Source: an uncultured Lachnospiraceae bacterium (GTDB lineage: Bacteria > Bacillota > Clostridia > Lachnospirales > Lachnospiraceae). Taken from it: 64,000 bases of DNA. Shown here piece after piece: positions 1 to 11,191 of this stretch. Every line of letters begins with the position of its first letter. Positions within the stretch are counted from its first letter, which is position 1. The stretch covers positions 47,810 to 111,809 of the forward strand of contig CACZFI010000002.1 of assembly GCA_902780405.1 (NCBI GenBank), given 5' to 3'. The notes under the pieces are model-generated. The model was not told the DNA's origin. It worked only from the letters and a program-made list of their open reading frames with translations, and searched no databases. The translations under genes and the position numbers were made by a program.

Positions 1-683
1 CTCATGGCCGTCGTTACCTTCGCCGCGGAACGCTCACCGTCCTCGATCATCTTCTTCCCGAGGAAGATGGACTTGGAAAGGATGACCGCTTCCTTTCTGC
101 CCTCCTCGGACAGATAGGTATTTCTTGAACTCTTGGCAAGACCGTCCGCCTCGCGGATGATGGGACATCCGACGATCGTAAGCGGCATGTTGAGATCCTT
201 CACCATACGCTTTACCACAGCGAGCTGCTGCGCATCCTTCTCACCGAAGTAGGCACGATCCGGTCCCACAATGTTAAACAGCTTTGATACGACGGTACAT
301 ACGCCGCGGAAATGTACGGGTCTCGAAAGTCCGCAGAGTGCCTGCGTCAGTCCCGTCATGTCCACGAAGGAGCAAAATCCGTCCGTATACATCTCTTCGG
401 GTTCCGGATGAAAGATCACCGATGCGCCTGCTGCCTCGCAGAGACGTGCGTCCGCATCCAAATCTCTCGGATAGCTTGCAAGGTCTTCCGTCGGTCCGAA
501 CTGCATCGGGTTTACGAATACAGATACCACCACGCGATCATTTTCTGCCACCGCACGGTCGATCAGGCTCTTGTGTCCCTCGTGCAGATAGCCCATCGTG
601 GGGACAAGGCCCACAGATAATCCCTCGGCTCTCCAGCTCTTCACGGTTTCTCTTACATCGGAAATGGTTGTTAAGATTTTCAT
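1..683 (-). CDS. panC: Pantoate--beta-alanine ligase (N-terminal part; runs off window start)
   Basis: Translated by hand from ATG at 683: MKILTTISDVRETVKSWRAEGLSVGLVPTMGYLHEGH, the PTMGxLHxGH motif of PanC. It lies directly after panB. Confidence 0.95.
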   Translation of the reverse strand, partial: MKILTTISDVRETVKSWRAEGLSVGLVPTMGYLHEGHKSLIDRAVAENDRVVVSVFVNPMQFGPTEDLASYPRDLDADARLCEAAGASVIFHPEPEEMYTDGFCSFVDMTGLTQALCGLSRPVHFRGVCTVVSKLFNIVGPDRAYFGEKDAQQLAVVKRMVKDLNMPLTIVGCPIIREADGLAKSSRNTYLSEEGRKEAVILSKSIFLGKKMIEDGERSAAKVTTAM

Positions 684-696
684 GTTTTTCCCCTCT

Positions 697-1524
697 CTAA
701 TAAAGCTTGTCGATCACTTCGTCATCGATCTTGTATGTATGTTCAACAGTGGGATATGTTCCCGCCTTTACTTCATCGATATAGGCCTTGGTTGCCTCCT
801 TCATGGCGTCTCCGATGTTGCCGAATCGCTTCACAAACTTCGGTGTAAAGTCGGAGAACATGCCAAGAGCATCCGCATAGACAAGGATCTGTCCGTCACA
901 TCCCGCTCCCGCTCCGATTCCGATGGTCGGGATGGCTAATTTGCCGGACACCAGGGTTGCAAGCTTTTCGGGTACACATTCAAAGGTCACGGCAAATGCA
1001 CCTGCTGCCTGAACAGCCTCCGCATCCTCCACGAATTTCTTTGCCTGTGCCTCGCTCTTGCCCTGCACCTTGAATCCGCCGAAGGCATTGATACTCTGCG
1101 GTGTGAGGCCGATATGAGCCATTACGGGGATGCCGCAATCGGTGATCGCCTTGATGCGATCCGCCATCTCCACACCGCCCTCAAGCTTCACAGCCTGTGC
1201 GCGTCCTTCCTTCATCAGACGGCCTGCATTTCTCACGGCGTCTTCCACGGAAGTCTGGTATGACATAAAGGGCATATCGCACACCACAAGTGTCTCCTTG
1301 GCGCCTCTTGCCACAGCTGCACAGTGATGGATCATGTCTTCCATGGTGACCGAAATGGTATCGTCATAGCCAAGCATCACATTTCCCAGGGAATCGCCGA
1401 CCAGAAGTCCGTCAATTCCTGCCTCATCCAAAAGTTTGGCCGTAGAATAATCATATGCGGTGAGCATGGTAAGTTTCTCACCCTCTGCTTTTGCCTTTGC
1501 AAATGTAGTAACCGTCTTTTTCAT
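697..1524 (-). CDS. panB: 3-methyl-2-oxobutanoate hydroxymethyltransferase
   Basis: Motifs LTAYDY, LVGDSLG, VKLEGG, HIGLTPQ and IGIGAG; located in a pan operon. Confidence 0.97.
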   Translation of the reverse strand: MKKTVTTFAKAKAEGEKLTMLTAYDYSTAKLLDEAGIDGLLVGDSLGNVMLGYDDTISVTMEDMIHHCAAVARGAKETLVVCDMPFMSYQTSVEDAVRNAGRLMKEGRAQAVKLEGGVEMADRIKAITDCGIPVMAHIGLTPQSINAFGGFKVQGKSEAQAKKFVEDAEAVQAAGAFAVTFECVPEKLATLVSGKLAIPTIGIGAGAGCDGQILVYADALGMFSDFTPKFVKRFGNIGDAMKEATKAYIDEVKAGTYPTVEHTYKIDDEVIDKLY

Positions 1525-2339
1525 CGCGATTCCTCCTTTATATACGAATCCCTCATCTCAATCAGTGACGCAGTCAGCGCATCATACGCTTCCTTGGAGA
1601 TTCCGGAAAGCACCTTTCTGTGTCCTTCTATGGTGGCCACATCGCCTCTTGCCACCGGGCCCGTCAACGCCTTCTGCATACCTGCGGAAAGCAGGTTTTC
1701 GGCATTGTTTTGAAAGAGCGGGCGAAGGGCTTCCTCAGCTTCCGCACGGCTCATACCGCATGCGGAAAGATTCTCCACAGCCAGACGATACAGACCGATC
1801 ACAAGGTTGCTTGCCATAACGCAGGACGCATGGTACAAAACCTTGACATCGGACGCGATCACCTTGACATTGTGTCCGAGCGCTTCAAACATACGAACCA
1901 GTTTCTCTTCGTAGGTTTTGTCTCCTTCTATTGTGATGTAACATTTGTGGAATTCTTTATACGAACCATACTTGTCGCTGGTCGCATATATGGGATGGAT
2001 CGAGTAACCGTAGACGTGGTTGCTCATACCGGAGAAAAGATGTGAGGAGCAAGCTCCGCTGGTGTGACATAAGATCTTATCCGTGACCAGATCCGGGTAG
2101 GTATCAAGCGTTCTTATCACACTTTCAATCTGACCGTCGGGTACGGTAAGAAATATGGTATCGCATGCCTCCAATAAATCTTCAAGTTTCTCGTAAGCGA
2201 GAGTTTCGGTAAATGCCGCCGCTTCCTGCGCACTTGTGTAGTGTCTGCTATAGTAGCCCGCCACTTCAAGTCCGCCATCAACAAAGTGCTTCCCAAGGGT
2301 AAAGCCCATGCGCCCGGCGCCAATCATGCCTATCCTGAT
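1521..2339 (-). CDS. Rossmann-like/DUF2520 protein, probable PanG-type ketopantoate reductase (start uncertain: ATC 2339 or ATG 2327)
   Basis: IGAGRMG Rossmann motif, [17 protein letters not shown] and LTGPVARGD motifs; overlaps the panB start. DUF2520 proteins next to panBC are known as PanG. Confidence 0.8.
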   Translation of the reverse strand: MRIGMIGAGRMGFTLGKHFVDGGLEVAGYYSRHYTSAQEAAAFTETLAYEKLEDLLEACDTIFLTVPDGQIESVIRTLDTYPDLVTDKILCHTSGACSSHLFSGMSNHVYGYSIHPIYATSDKYGSYKEFHKCYITIEGDKTYEEKLVRMFEALGHNVKVIASDVKVLYHASCVMASNLVIGLYRLAVENLSACGMSRAEAEEALRPLFQNNAENLLSAGMQKALTGPVARGDVATIEGHRKVLSGISKEAYDALTASLIEMRDSYIKEESR

Positions 2340-2462
2340 ACGATCACCCTCTTTCCTTTAGAATCATGCCATGCATGTATACGTAGTCTCTTTGTTCCAA
2401 AAGAAGAGTGTCATGCGATATATTTTTCCGGTACAGCTTCTTTCGAATGCCATCCAAGGCGA

Positions 2463-2491
2463 ACTATATCATACCGAATGCGCTTTGTAAA
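2463..2491 (-). promoter_or_regulatory. Sigma-A promoter of the pan operon
   Basis: TTTACA-17 nt-TATAGT with an extended TG on the minus strand, just past the hemW terminator. Confidence 0.65.
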
Positions 2492-2506
2492 TGCTTTTGT
2501 CTGTAT

Positions 2507-2544
2507 AAAAAAAAGAACACGGCAGAGGGTTATCTCTCTGCCGT
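2507..2544 (-). terminator. Intrinsic terminator after hemW
   Basis: ACGGCAGAG/CTCTGCCGT stem followed by a T-tract on the minus strand. Confidence 0.8.
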
Positions 2545-2556
2545 AATTGTTCGATA

Positions 2557-3759
2557 TTATTCTTTGTCCAGGATAAAGTCCGCCAGGATGATGTTGGAGA
2601 CATCGATTCCGCGATCGGTCAGTATGATCCGGTCTCCGATCTCCGCCATATATCCCTGCTCGATATGTCTGTTTAACACGGGTCCGTAGACCTCATAGAT
2701 ATCCTTCTTGAACCGCTCCATAAATTCTTCCCTGGATACACCGCACATCATGCGAAGACCGAGGAACATAAACTCTTCCATCCTGCTGTAGAGATAGACC
2801 GGGGTCACATTCTCACGCAGTTCTTTCATCGTGTCATTGTAGAGCATCTCAAGATTGGATGCGTCGGAAAATGCATCGGAGATCTGTTCCATCTTGCCGA
2901 TATAGGCGAGAATGTCCCTGATATTCGAAAAACGCTTGCCCTGAAAGTAGGAAGCGGCGCCGATACCGAAACCGATATACTCTCCTCCGGTCCAGTAGAC
3001 CATATTGTGTCTGCACTCGTAGCCGGATTTCGCATAATTCGAGATCTCATAGCGATCATAGCCCTTTGCACCGAGCAGCTGTTTGGTGATCTCATACATC
3101 CGTCGATCGATCATATCGGGCGGAATCTCGGAAAGAAGCTGTTCATCACGTGAAAGCGGTGTACCCTCTTCCACCTGCAGTGCGTAAGCCGAAATGTGTT
3201 CCGGTTCGAAATCAAGCACACGGGAAAGTGTCTCCACATAAGAGTGGATCGTCTGCCCGGGCAGTCCCGACATCACGTCGATATTGATATTGGTGAATCC
3301 CGCGCGACGGGCCGCATTCATGCTGGCCACGAACTGATCATAGTTGTGGATCCTGCCGAGTTTTTTTAAGATCTCATCATCCGCAGACTGAAGTCCGATG
3401 GAAAGACGGTTCACGCCTGCCTGTCTGTAACCGAGCAGTTTCTGGTGTCCCAAGGTTCCGGGGTTCGCCTCGATGGTGATCTCGGCATCCTTTTCTACCC
3501 GAAACGATCTTTTGATAAACGCAAGGATGTTCTTCACAAGAGACTCGTCCAAAAGAGAAGGCGTACCGCCTCCGATGAAGATGCTTCTTACCACATACTC
3601 GTCAGCCACAGGCTCATACAGTCTGATCTCACGGCACAGGGCATCCACGTAGCGTAGCATGGTGCCGTAGCTCTCTCCGTCAAAGGACAGGAAATCGCAG
3701 TACTTGCACTTCACGACACAAAACGGGATATGAACATATAAGCTTACATATCTGGTCAT
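2557..3759 (-). CDS. hemW: Radical SAM heme chaperone HemW (HemN-like)
   Basis: YVHIPFCVVKCKYCDF CxxxCxxC motif, GGGTPS and YEISNYA; directly follows lepA as is usual in Firmicutes. Confidence 0.92.
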   Translation of the reverse strand: MTRYVSLYVHIPFCVVKCKYCDFLSFDGESYGTMLRYVDALCREIRLYEPVADEYVVRSIFIGGGTPSLLDESLVKNILAFIKRSFRVEKDAEITIEANPGTLGHQKLLGYRQAGVNRLSIGLQSADDEILKKLGRIHNYDQFVASMNAARRAGFTNINIDVMSGLPGQTIHSYVETLSRVLDFEPEHISAYALQVEEGTPLSRDEQLLSEIPPDMIDRRMYEITKQLLGAKGYDRYEISNYAKSGYECRHNMVYWTGGEYIGFGIGAASYFQGKRFSNIRDILAYIGKMEQISDAFSDASNLEMLYNDTMKELRENVTPVYLYSRMEEFMFLGLRMMCGVSREEFMERFKKDIYEVYGPVLNRHIEQGYMAEIGDRIILTDRGIDVSNIILADFILDKE

Positions 3760-3762
3760 CTT

Positions 3763-5577
3763 TTATTCCTCGTCCAGTTTCAGGACGCTCATAAACGCTT
3801 TCTGAGGGATCTCCACGTTGCCGATCTGACGCATACGTTTCTTACCCTCTTTTTGCTTCTCAAGAAGCTTTCTCTTACGCGTGATATCACCGCCGTAGCA
3901 CTTCGCAAGGACATCCTTTCTGACGGCCTTCACGGTCTCTCTCGCGATCACCTTGCTGCCGATGGCTGCCTGGATCGGTATCTCGAATAGATGACGGGGG
4001 ATCTCACCCTTTAATTTTTCGCACATCTTTCTCCCGCGTTCGTACGCCGTATCCTTGTGCAGGATGAAGGAAAGCGCATCCACTTCCTCACGGTTGATCA
4101 GCATATCCAGTTTCACCAGATCACTTCTCACATAGCCGGAAAGCTCGTAATCAAAGGATGCATAACCTCTGGATCTGGACTTTAAGGCATCGAAGAAATC
4201 GTAAATAATCTCGTTAAGCGGAAGGTCATACTTTAAGAGTGCACGTGTCGTCTCGATGTACTCCATGCTCTTGTAGACACCTCTTCGCTCCTGGCACAGC
4301 TGCATAATAGCGCCCACATAATCCGTGGTAACCATGATCTCCGCAGCCACAAAGGGCTCCTCCATGTAGTCAATCTCCGAAGGATCCGGCAGATTGGAGG
4401 GATTGGTTAATTCGATCATGGTGCCGTCGGTCTTGTGTACGCGATATACAACGCCCGGCGCTGTCGTCACAAGATCCAAATTGTACTCTCTTTCAAGACG
4501 CTCCTGGATGATCTCCAAATGAAGCAGTCCGAGGAAACCGCATCTGAATCCGAAGCCTAAGGCGATGGACGTCTCCGGCTCATAGGAAAGTGATGCGTCG
4601 TTTAGCTGAAGTTTTTCAAGCGCGTCCCGAAGATCCGGGTACTTTGCGCCGTCTGCGGGATAAACACCGCAGTATACCATCGGGTTCACCTTCTTGTAAC
4701 CCGGCAGAGCCTCCGCGCAGGGACGGTCTGCATCGGTCACGGTATCACCCACGGTTGTATCTTTGACATTCTTCAGGCTGGCAGTGATATATCCAACCAT
4801 ACCTGCGGAAAGTTCTTCACAGGGCAGGAACTGTCCGGCGCCGAAGATGCCGACAGAAACAACCTCCGCCTCGGCACCTGTGGCCATCATGCGGATGTTG
4901 GTTCCCTTGGTTACCGAACCGTCAAAGATCCTGCAGAATATGATCACACCCTTGTAGCTGTCATACAGACTGTCGAAGATGAGCGCTTTAAGCGGTGCCT
5001 CCGGATCTCCCGTCGGTGCAGGCACCTTCTTCACGATCGCCTCAAGGACATCCTCGATGTTGATGCCGTTCTTGGCCGAGATCCGCGGTGCGTCCTGGGC
5101 CTCTATACCGATCACATCCTCAATCTCCGCAACCACTCTGTCCGGGTCCGCGGAAGGCAGATCGATCTTGTTGATGACGGGCATGACATCCAATCCGGCA
5201 TCGACTGCCAGATATACATTTGCAAGTGTCTGCGCTTCAACACCCTGCGCCGCGTCCACCACAAGCACAGCGCCCTCGCAGGCGGCAAGACTCCGGGACA
5301 CCTCGTAATTGAAGTCGACGTGTCCCGGTGTGTCGATCAGGTTGAAGATATACTCTTCCCCGTCTTTCGCCTTGTAGATGATTCTGACGCACTGTGCCTT
5401 GATGGTGATACCACGTTCACGCTCAAGGTCCATATTGTCCAAAACCTGGGCCTGCATCTCACGCTCCGTGAGCAGACCGGTCTTCTCGATGATCCGGTCT
5501 GCGAGGGTGGATTTGCCATGGTCAATGTGTGCTATGATGCTGAAGTTTCTGATCTTTTTCTGGTCCAGATGTTCCAT
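3763..5577 (-). CDS. lepA: Translation elongation factor 4
   Basis: [28 protein letters not shown] and C-terminal [24 protein letters not shown]. Confidence 0.99.
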   Translation of the reverse strand: MEHLDQKKIRNFSIIAHIDHGKSTLADRIIEKTGLLTEREMQAQVLDNMDLERERGITIKAQCVRIIYKAKDGEEYIFNLIDTPGHVDFNYEVSRSLAACEGAVLVVDAAQGVEAQTLANVYLAVDAGLDVMPVINKIDLPSADPDRVVAEIEDVIGIEAQDAPRISAKNGINIEDVLEAIVKKVPAPTGDPEAPLKALIFDSLYDSYKGVIIFCRIFDGSVTKGTNIRMMATGAEAEVVSVGIFGAGQFLPCEELSAGMVGYITASLKNVKDTTVGDTVTDADRPCAEALPGYKKVNPMVYCGVYPADGAKYPDLRDALEKLQLNDASLSYEPETSIALGFGFRCGFLGLLHLEIIQERLEREYNLDLVTTAPGVVYRVHKTDGTMIELTNPSNLPDPSEIDYMEEPFVAAEIMVTTDYVGAIMQLCQERRGVYKSMEYIETTRALLKYDLPLNEIIYDFFDALKSRSRGYASFDYELSGYVRSDLVKLDMLINREEVDALSFILHKDTAYERGRKMCEKLKGEIPRHLFEIPIQAAIGSKVIARETVKAVRKDVLAKCYGGDITRKRKLLEKQKEGKKRMRQIGNVEIPQKAFMSVLKLDEE

Positions 5578-5591
5578 GTCAATAACTCTTT

Positions 5592-6479
5592 CTAGGTAAA
5601 GTTTCCGATGAAGTCGGCAACCTTGCCGATCTTCTCTAAGGTATTTTTCTTGCCTGCCGCGGAGCCCGTACGTCCTTCGGACGCATTCTCAGTGACGTCT
5701 GTCATACCGGCAGATCCGCTGCTTGCCATCACGGGTGCCATCCAGATCTTTCCGGAGCCGCGATATACATTCACGAAGCCCTCGCCGGATACTGCGGAAC
5801 CGATCAGGCTCTTGGTGGACTTCTCCACGGTAAACTGCAGGGATCCCGACCAGGCCACTGCCATATTGCCGTCGATCCGCATCTCATCGTTGTCAAGCAC
5901 GATCTCAAAGAGCTCGTCCTGCGGTACGATACTCTCTAACGCAAGTACGCCCTGTCCCTGAAGGGAAAGGTTGAAGAGTCCCTCACCGCCCAAAACTGCG
6001 GAGGAAAGGTTCTGTCTGCTTACCACCTTCTGCTGCAGTCTGCTGTCGCATGCGAGGAAGAGTCCGTCATCAAGGACGATGCTTCCGCCCCAGGATGCTA
6101 CATCCGTAAGGAGAATGTGACGATAGGTCGGCTCCAGCATCAGCTGACCCTGGCCGGAGTAGATCGGCTTCACTGCGCTCTCACCGGTCACCTTGGATGA
6201 TACGAGTTTTCCGAGGAAGTCTCCCGCACCCTTGACGCCGGTCTGCATGTTAACATTACCTGCCATCCACTGCATTGCACCTGCCTGGATCGTATAGCTG
6301 TCGCCGCTTAAGTTGATCAGAAGCTGTCTTCTGTTGACATTCATGATCGCACTGTAGTATTCGATCTTCGCTGTGGAAAAGTTAACGCTCATATCCTTGG
6401 CGTACTCTACCACCTGCATATTGCCGAGCTGGGATTTGACCGTGACATTCCCGCTGGCAAACATTGTATTTTGAACCAT
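5592..6479 (-). CDS. AIM24 family protein (paralogue 2, with C-terminal extension)
   Basis: [28 protein letters not shown] and [13 protein letters not shown] motifs. Confidence 0.85.
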   Translation of the reverse strand: MVQNTMFASGNVTVKSQLGNMQVVEYAKDMSVNFSTAKIEYYSAIMNVNRRQLLINLSGDSYTIQAGAMQWMAGNVNMQTGVKGAGDFLGKLVSSKVTGESAVKPIYSGQGQLMLEPTYRHILLTDVASWGGSIVLDDGLFLACDSRLQQKVVSRQNLSSAVLGGEGLFNLSLQGQGVLALESIVPQDELFEIVLDNDEMRIDGNMAVAWSGSLQFTVEKSTKSLIGSAVSGEGFVNVYRGSGKIWMAPVMASSGSAGMTDVTENASEGRTGSAAGKKNTLEKIGKVADFIGNFT

Positions 6480-6493
6480 TGTTCTCTTCCTCC

Positions 6494-7249
6494 CTACTTA
6501 TCTGTGGGTGCCATAAGAATAGAACCTGTACCGCGATATACATTGACAAAGCCTTCACCGGATACTGCAGAACCGATCAGGCTCTTGGTGGACTTTTCTA
6601 CGGTAAACTCCAAGGATCCGGACCATGCGATCGCCATATTGCCGTCGATCTTTACAACATCGTCCTGGAGGTTAAACTGGATCAGCTCCTGCTGAGGTAC
6701 GGGGCTCTCTAAAACAGCAACGCCCTGTCCCATCAGAGAAAGGTTGAAGAGTCCCTCACCGCCCAAAACTGCGGAGGAAAGATTCTGTCTGCTTACGACC
6801 TTATCCTGTAATGTAGCGTCACAGGCAAGGAAGAGACCGTCCTGTAATACGATGGAACCCCACTGTGCAACATCCAGCATGATAATGTGCTTGTAGGTCG
6901 GCTCAAGCATCAGGAATCCCTGTCCTGTGTACTCGGGCTTTGCCATAGACTCACCGGTCACCTTGGCGGAAACCATCTTGCCGAGGAAATTTCCTGCGGT
7001 AACGCCTGTCTTCATGCTGACATTTCCGATGGTCCACTGCATGGCACCGGCCTGGATCTTGGTTGCTGTATTGTTGAGTTCTACAAGCACCTGACGCTTT
7101 TTCACGTTCATCTGTGATGCAAAGTACTCCGTCTCTGCCGAAAAAGGAGATACGGACAGGTCACGCTGATGCTCGTACACCCTGTACTGGCCGAGCTGGT
7201 TGATCATGGTCATGTTCTTGTTGTCAAAGAGATTGTTTAACTGATACAT
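6494..7249 (-). CDS. AIM24 family protein (paralogue 1)
   Basis: Same motifs as the neighbouring paralogue. Start reassigned to ATG 7249 (MYQLNN) behind an AAGGAGG RBS. Confidence 0.85.
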   Translation of the reverse strand: MYQLNNLFDNKNMTMINQLGQYRVYEHQRDLSVSPFSAETEYFASQMNVKKRQVLVELNNTATKIQAGAMQWTIGNVSMKTGVTAGNFLGKMVSAKVTGESMAKPEYTGQGFLMLEPTYKHIIMLDVAQWGSIVLQDGLFLACDATLQDKVVSRQNLSSAVLGGEGLFNLSLMGQGVAVLESPVPQQELIQFNLQDDVVKIDGNMAIAWSGSLEFTVEKSTKSLIGSAVSGEGFVNVYRGTGSILMAPTDK

Positions 7250-7346
7250 TGATTTTCCTCCTTTTTTTCCGGTCGTCCGAAGACGTCCACACATGTACCG
7301 ATATTTTACCACAAAACACATCGTTTGGGGAGATTTTTTCGACTGC

Positions 7347-9092
7347 TTAATGCTTCCACTGACTGGCAAAAAGGTCCGCGTAAAAGCCCTGTTTTTCAAT
7401 CAGTTCGTCGTGGCTTCCCTGCTCGATGATCGAGCCGTCCTTCATCACGAGAATGATGTCCGCCTCGCGAATGGTGGACAGTCTGTGCGCCACGATAAAG
7501 CTGGTCCTGCCCTGCATCATCTTGTGGAAAGCTCTCTGGATACGGATCTCGGTTCTGGTATCGATGGAACTTGTCGCCTCATCAAGTATCAGCATCGGCG
7601 GCAGATCAAGCATCACTCTGGTGATACACAGAAGCTGCTTCTGTCCCTGGGAAAGCAGTCCTCCCTCATCACCGATCTCGGTATCATACCCGTGCTCAAG
7701 CCTCCTTATAAAACTGTCCGCATGAGACATCTTCGCCGCCCGCCGGATCTCCTCATCCGGCGCGTTCGGATTTCCGTAGGCAATGTTCTCACGGATCGTT
7801 CCGCTTTTCAGCCAGGTTTCCTGCAGCACCATACCGAAGGACTTACGAAGCGAGGTGCGGTTTAGATCCGTAGTGTCCGTTCCGTCCACGGTGATACTTC
7901 CAGCATTCGGGTCATAGAAACGCATCAGCAGATTGATCAGCGTACTCTTGCCGCTGCCCGTAGGGCCGACGATGGCCACGCGCATACCGGGCTTTACGGA
8001 AAGCTGCAGTCCCTTGATCAGCTCCTTGTCCGGAACATAGGAAAAATCAACGTCGGTAAATGTGATCTCGCCCTGCGCATCCTCCAGTGTCTTTTCGTCG
8101 GGACGCACTTCCTCCGGCTTTTCATCGATCAATTCAAAGACTCTGCCCGCACAGGCGATGGCATTCTGAAGCTCCGTGATCACGGCCGAGATCTCGTTAA
8201 AAGGCTTGGTGTACTGATTCGCATAGGAACAAAACGCCGTGAGACTTCCCACGGTAAACCCGCCCCCAAGGACAGACAGCGCACCGATCACCGCCACCGT
8301 CGTATAGACGAGGCTGTTAACGAACCTGGTACTCGGATTGACCAGGGAGGAATAAAAGGTCGCGGACATACTGTCCTTCTCCAGGGTTTTATTGACCGCT
8401 TCGAAGCGCTCCTTCGCGCGATCCTCGTAAGAGAAGGCACTCACAAGTTTCTGCTCTCCCACCATCTCATCCACAAGGGCCGTCATCTCACCGCAGCTTT
8501 CCGCCTGCGCCAGGAAGAGTCTGTGGGTTTTTCTTGCGATAAAGGACGCCACGAAGAGCGACACCGGTGTAAGAACCACCACCGCAAGCGCAATGGGCAC
8601 GCTGATCATCAGCATAAATCCGAGGGTCACAAGGATGGTGACCACACCGGAAAACAGCTGCGTGAAGCCCATCAAGAGTCCGTCGGCAAAGGTTTCGACA
8701 TCCGCTACCACACGGCTTACCACATCTCCCTGCTTCCTGCTGTCCACATAGGAAAGGGGAAGCACCAGAAGATGATCGAATGCATCCACGCGGATATCCC
8801 TGACCACCGTGTAGGTGATCTTGTTGTTGATCAGATTCATCAGAAGCTGCGAGACAGCCGTGATCGCGATCACAACGGCCATCTGCACAAGGATCTCGCG
8901 GATCCTTTCAAATGAGACCGCACCCTCGGAGAGGATGCAATCGATGGCACGTCCCACAAGCACCGGTGCGTAGAGCGTCGACGCAACCGAAACAAGCGCA
9001 AGGAGCATGGAGAAAAGAACTGCCGCTTTGTGTCTTCCGATATACGCAAGAACACGCTTTAAGGTGGCTTTACTTTCCTGCTTCACGGGCAT
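7347..9092 (-). CDS. ABC exporter subunit with consensus ATPase site (type IV heterodimer)
   Basis: TM domain plus GPTGSGKS, LSQGQKQ, LDEATSSID and AHR. Start reassigned to ATG 9092 (MPVKQES) behind GAGGAGG. Confidence 0.9.
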   Translation of the reverse strand: MPVKQESKATLKRVLAYIGRHKAAVLFSMLLALVSVASTLYAPVLVGRAIDCILSEGAVSFERIREILVQMAVVIAITAVSQLLMNLINNKITYTVVRDIRVDAFDHLLVLPLSYVDSRKQGDVVSRVVADVETFADGLLMGFTQLFSGVVTILVTLGFMLMISVPIALAVVVLTPVSLFVASFIARKTHRLFLAQAESCGEMTALVDEMVGEQKLVSAFSYEDRAKERFEAVNKTLEKDSMSATFYSSLVNPSTRFVNSLVYTTVAVIGALSVLGGGFTVGSLTAFCSYANQYTKPFNEISAVITELQNAIACAGRVFELIDEKPEEVRPDEKTLEDAQGEITFTDVDFSYVPDKELIKGLQLSVKPGMRVAIVGPTGSGKSTLINLLMRFYDPNAGSITVDGTDTTDLNRTSLRKSFGMVLQETWLKSGTIRENIAYGNPNAPDEEIRRAAKMSHADSFIRRLEHGYDTEIGDEGGLLSQGQKQLLCITRVMLDLPPMLILDEATSSIDTRTEIRIQRAFHKMMQGRTSFIVAHRLSTIREADIILVMKDGSIIEQGSHDELIEKQGFYADLFASQWKH

Positions 9093-10824
9093 CCACCTCC
9101 TCTCCCTGATTCTGAGACGCGTAGATCTCCCGGTAAACTTCACAGTCAGAAAGAAGTGACGCATGATCGCCGAAACCGACGGGGCTTCCGTCGTCCAAAA
9201 CCAGAATCTTATCCGCGTGCATGATGGAGGCGGTTCGCTGCGACACAACGACAACCGTCATATCCTGAAGTTTCTCTCTCAGTGCCACGCGGAGCGCGGC
9301 ATCCGTTGCATAATCAAGTGCGGATGAGCTGTCGTCCAGGATCAGGATCTTCGGTTTTTTTACCAGTGCTCTTGCTATAGTCAGGCGCTGTTTCTGTCCG
9401 CCGGACAGATTCTTTGCTCCCTGCACCAGATGGTAGGAAAGGCCTCCCTCCTTCTCAGAAACGAAGCCGTCGCTCTGTGCGACAGAAAGCGCCTCACGGA
9501 GTTCTTCATCCGTGGCCTCGCTGTTGCCGAGTCTTAAGTTCTCCGCAATGCTTCCGGCAAAAAGCACCGCCTTCTGCGGTACCACGCCTACCATATCCCG
9601 CAGCTTTTTCTTCGGATAGGACGCCACCGGGATTCCTTCCACCAGGATTTCTCCCTCCGTTGCATCATAAAAACGCGGGATCAGATTGACCAGCGTAGAT
9701 TTTCCGGAACCCGTACCGCCGATGATACCGAGGGTTTCGCCACGCTCCACCCGAAAGGATACGTCCTCGATCGCAGGCGCTCCGCTTCCGCTGTAGGAAA
9801 ATGTCACATGATTAAACTCAATCGCGGGGGCATCGTCAGAGGGCGTAAGATCCCCGCGCTCTTCATCGGGGAACTGCTGGGAACTTGTCACGGATAAGAC
9901 ATCCGCTACACGCTTTCCGCATGCGATGGCCTTGGTCTCCGTGATGATCAGATTCGCAAGTTTCACAAGCTCGACTAAAATCTGTGACATATAATTGACC
10001 AGCGCATAGACCTCGCCCTGCTTTAAGATCCCGAGATCCACCTGCTTACCGCCCACCCAGATGATGACGGCGATCGACAGATTGATCACGACGTAAGTCA
10101 TAGGATTTAACAAAGAGGTGATCCTTCCGACGAAGAGCTGACGTTTTGTAAGTACCTCCGTCTCGCGGGCAAATTCTTCTTTCTCGCGTTCCTCCTGTCC
10201 GAAGGCACGGATCACTCTTGAGCCCGCCAGGTTCTCTCTTGTTTTTTGAAGTACACGGTCCGTATGTCCCTGCACATCCTTATACAACGGAATGGACACA
10301 AACATGATCGTAAATACAATGACCGTAAGGATCGGAAGTGCGATCAGGAACACGCGTCCCGCGCGGTGATCCACCTGCCATGCCATAAAGGTTGCGCCGA
10401 GCACGATGAAGGGGGAACGCATAAACAAGCGCAGAAAGAGATTTACGCCTGTCTGCATCTGATTGACGTCTCCCGTCATTCGTGTGATCAGTGTCGCGCT
10501 TCCGAGTCGGTCGATCTCCGTGTATGACAGTGTTTCAATGTGCGAAAAGAGATCCCTTCTCAGATTCGCACCGAAGCGCATGGCACATTTGGCCGAAAAA
10601 AACTGTGCCGTCACGGAACAGGTAAGGCCGATCAGGCCGAGTGCGATCATCAAAAGTCCCATCCGAAGGATGTAGCCCCTGTCACCGCCGCCGATACCCC
10701 GATTGATGATGCCTGCCATCACCAGCGGGATCAACAGCTCAAAGGCCGCTTCGAGCATCTTAAAGAGCGGCGCAAGAATCGCTCTCGCTCTATCCTGTTT
10801 TAAATAACGTGTGAAGATTTTCAT
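9070..10824 (-). CDS. ABC exporter subunit with degenerate ATPase site
   Basis: TM domain plus GGTGSGKS and LSGGQKQR. Walker B is LDDSS (no catalytic Glu) and the switch is SQR (no His), a TM287/288-type pattern. Confidence 0.9.
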   Translation of the reverse strand: MKIFTRYLKQDRARAILAPLFKMLEAAFELLIPLVMAGIINRGIGGGDRGYILRMGLLMIALGLIGLTCSVTAQFFSAKCAMRFGANLRRDLFSHIETLSYTEIDRLGSATLITRMTGDVNQMQTGVNLFLRLFMRSPFIVLGATFMAWQVDHRAGRVFLIALPILTVIVFTIMFVSIPLYKDVQGHTDRVLQKTRENLAGSRVIRAFGQEEREKEEFARETEVLTKRQLFVGRITSLLNPMTYVVINLSIAVIIWVGGKQVDLGILKQGEVYALVNYMSQILVELVKLANLIITETKAIACGKRVADVLSVTSSQQFPDEERGDLTPSDDAPAIEFNHVTFSYSGSGAPAIEDVSFRVERGETLGIIGGTGSGKSTLVNLIPRFYDATEGEILVEGIPVASYPKKKLRDMVGVVPQKAVLFAGSIAENLRLGNSEATDEELREALSVAQSDGFVSEKEGGLSYHLVQGAKNLSGGQKQRLTIARALVKKPKILILDDSSSALDYATDAALRVALREKLQDMTVVVVSQRTASIMHADKILVLDDGSPVGFGDHASLLSDCEVYREIYASQNQGEEVDAREAGK

Positions 10825-10890
10825 GATTGACGAACGCCTCCGACATCCGATACAATAAGACCGAAGTAATTATGAAATGAGGTATCTATC

Positions 10891-11187
10891 ATGGGTATGA
10901 CAAATCCCGAGGAAGAAGACAAGGTCACACTGACACTTGACGACGGCTCCACGGTAAACTGTGATGTAATCGCCATCTTTCCCGTACAGGGCAAGGACTA
11001 TATCGCACTCCTGCCCGATCGCGTAATCGACGGATACGAGGAGGACGATGTCTTCCTGTATCGCTACAAGGAGCTTTCCGGCGATGACATCGAACTTACG
11101 CCGCTTGACGACGATGAAGAATACGAAATCGTCGCCGACGCATTTGATGAGTTGCTCGACGAAGAAGAATTCAACGAGCTCTCATAG
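10891..11187 (+). CDS. DUF1292 domain protein (acidic)
   Basis: VTLTLDDG, YIALLP and DDEEYEIVADAF pattern. It is the only clear plus-strand gene in the window. Confidence 0.8.
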   Translation: MGMTNPEEEDKVTLTLDDGSTVNCDVIAIFPVQGKDYIALLPDRVIDGYEEDDVFLYRYKELSGDDIELTPLDDDEEYEIVADAFDELLDEEEFNELS

Positions 11188-11191
11188 TCAG

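Noticed and set aside
284-939. Plus-strand ORFs over panC/panB, and the many other short antisense ORFs in the track
   Set aside because: They fully overlap well-supported minus-strand genes and show no motifs, which is typical of GC-biased codon usage.
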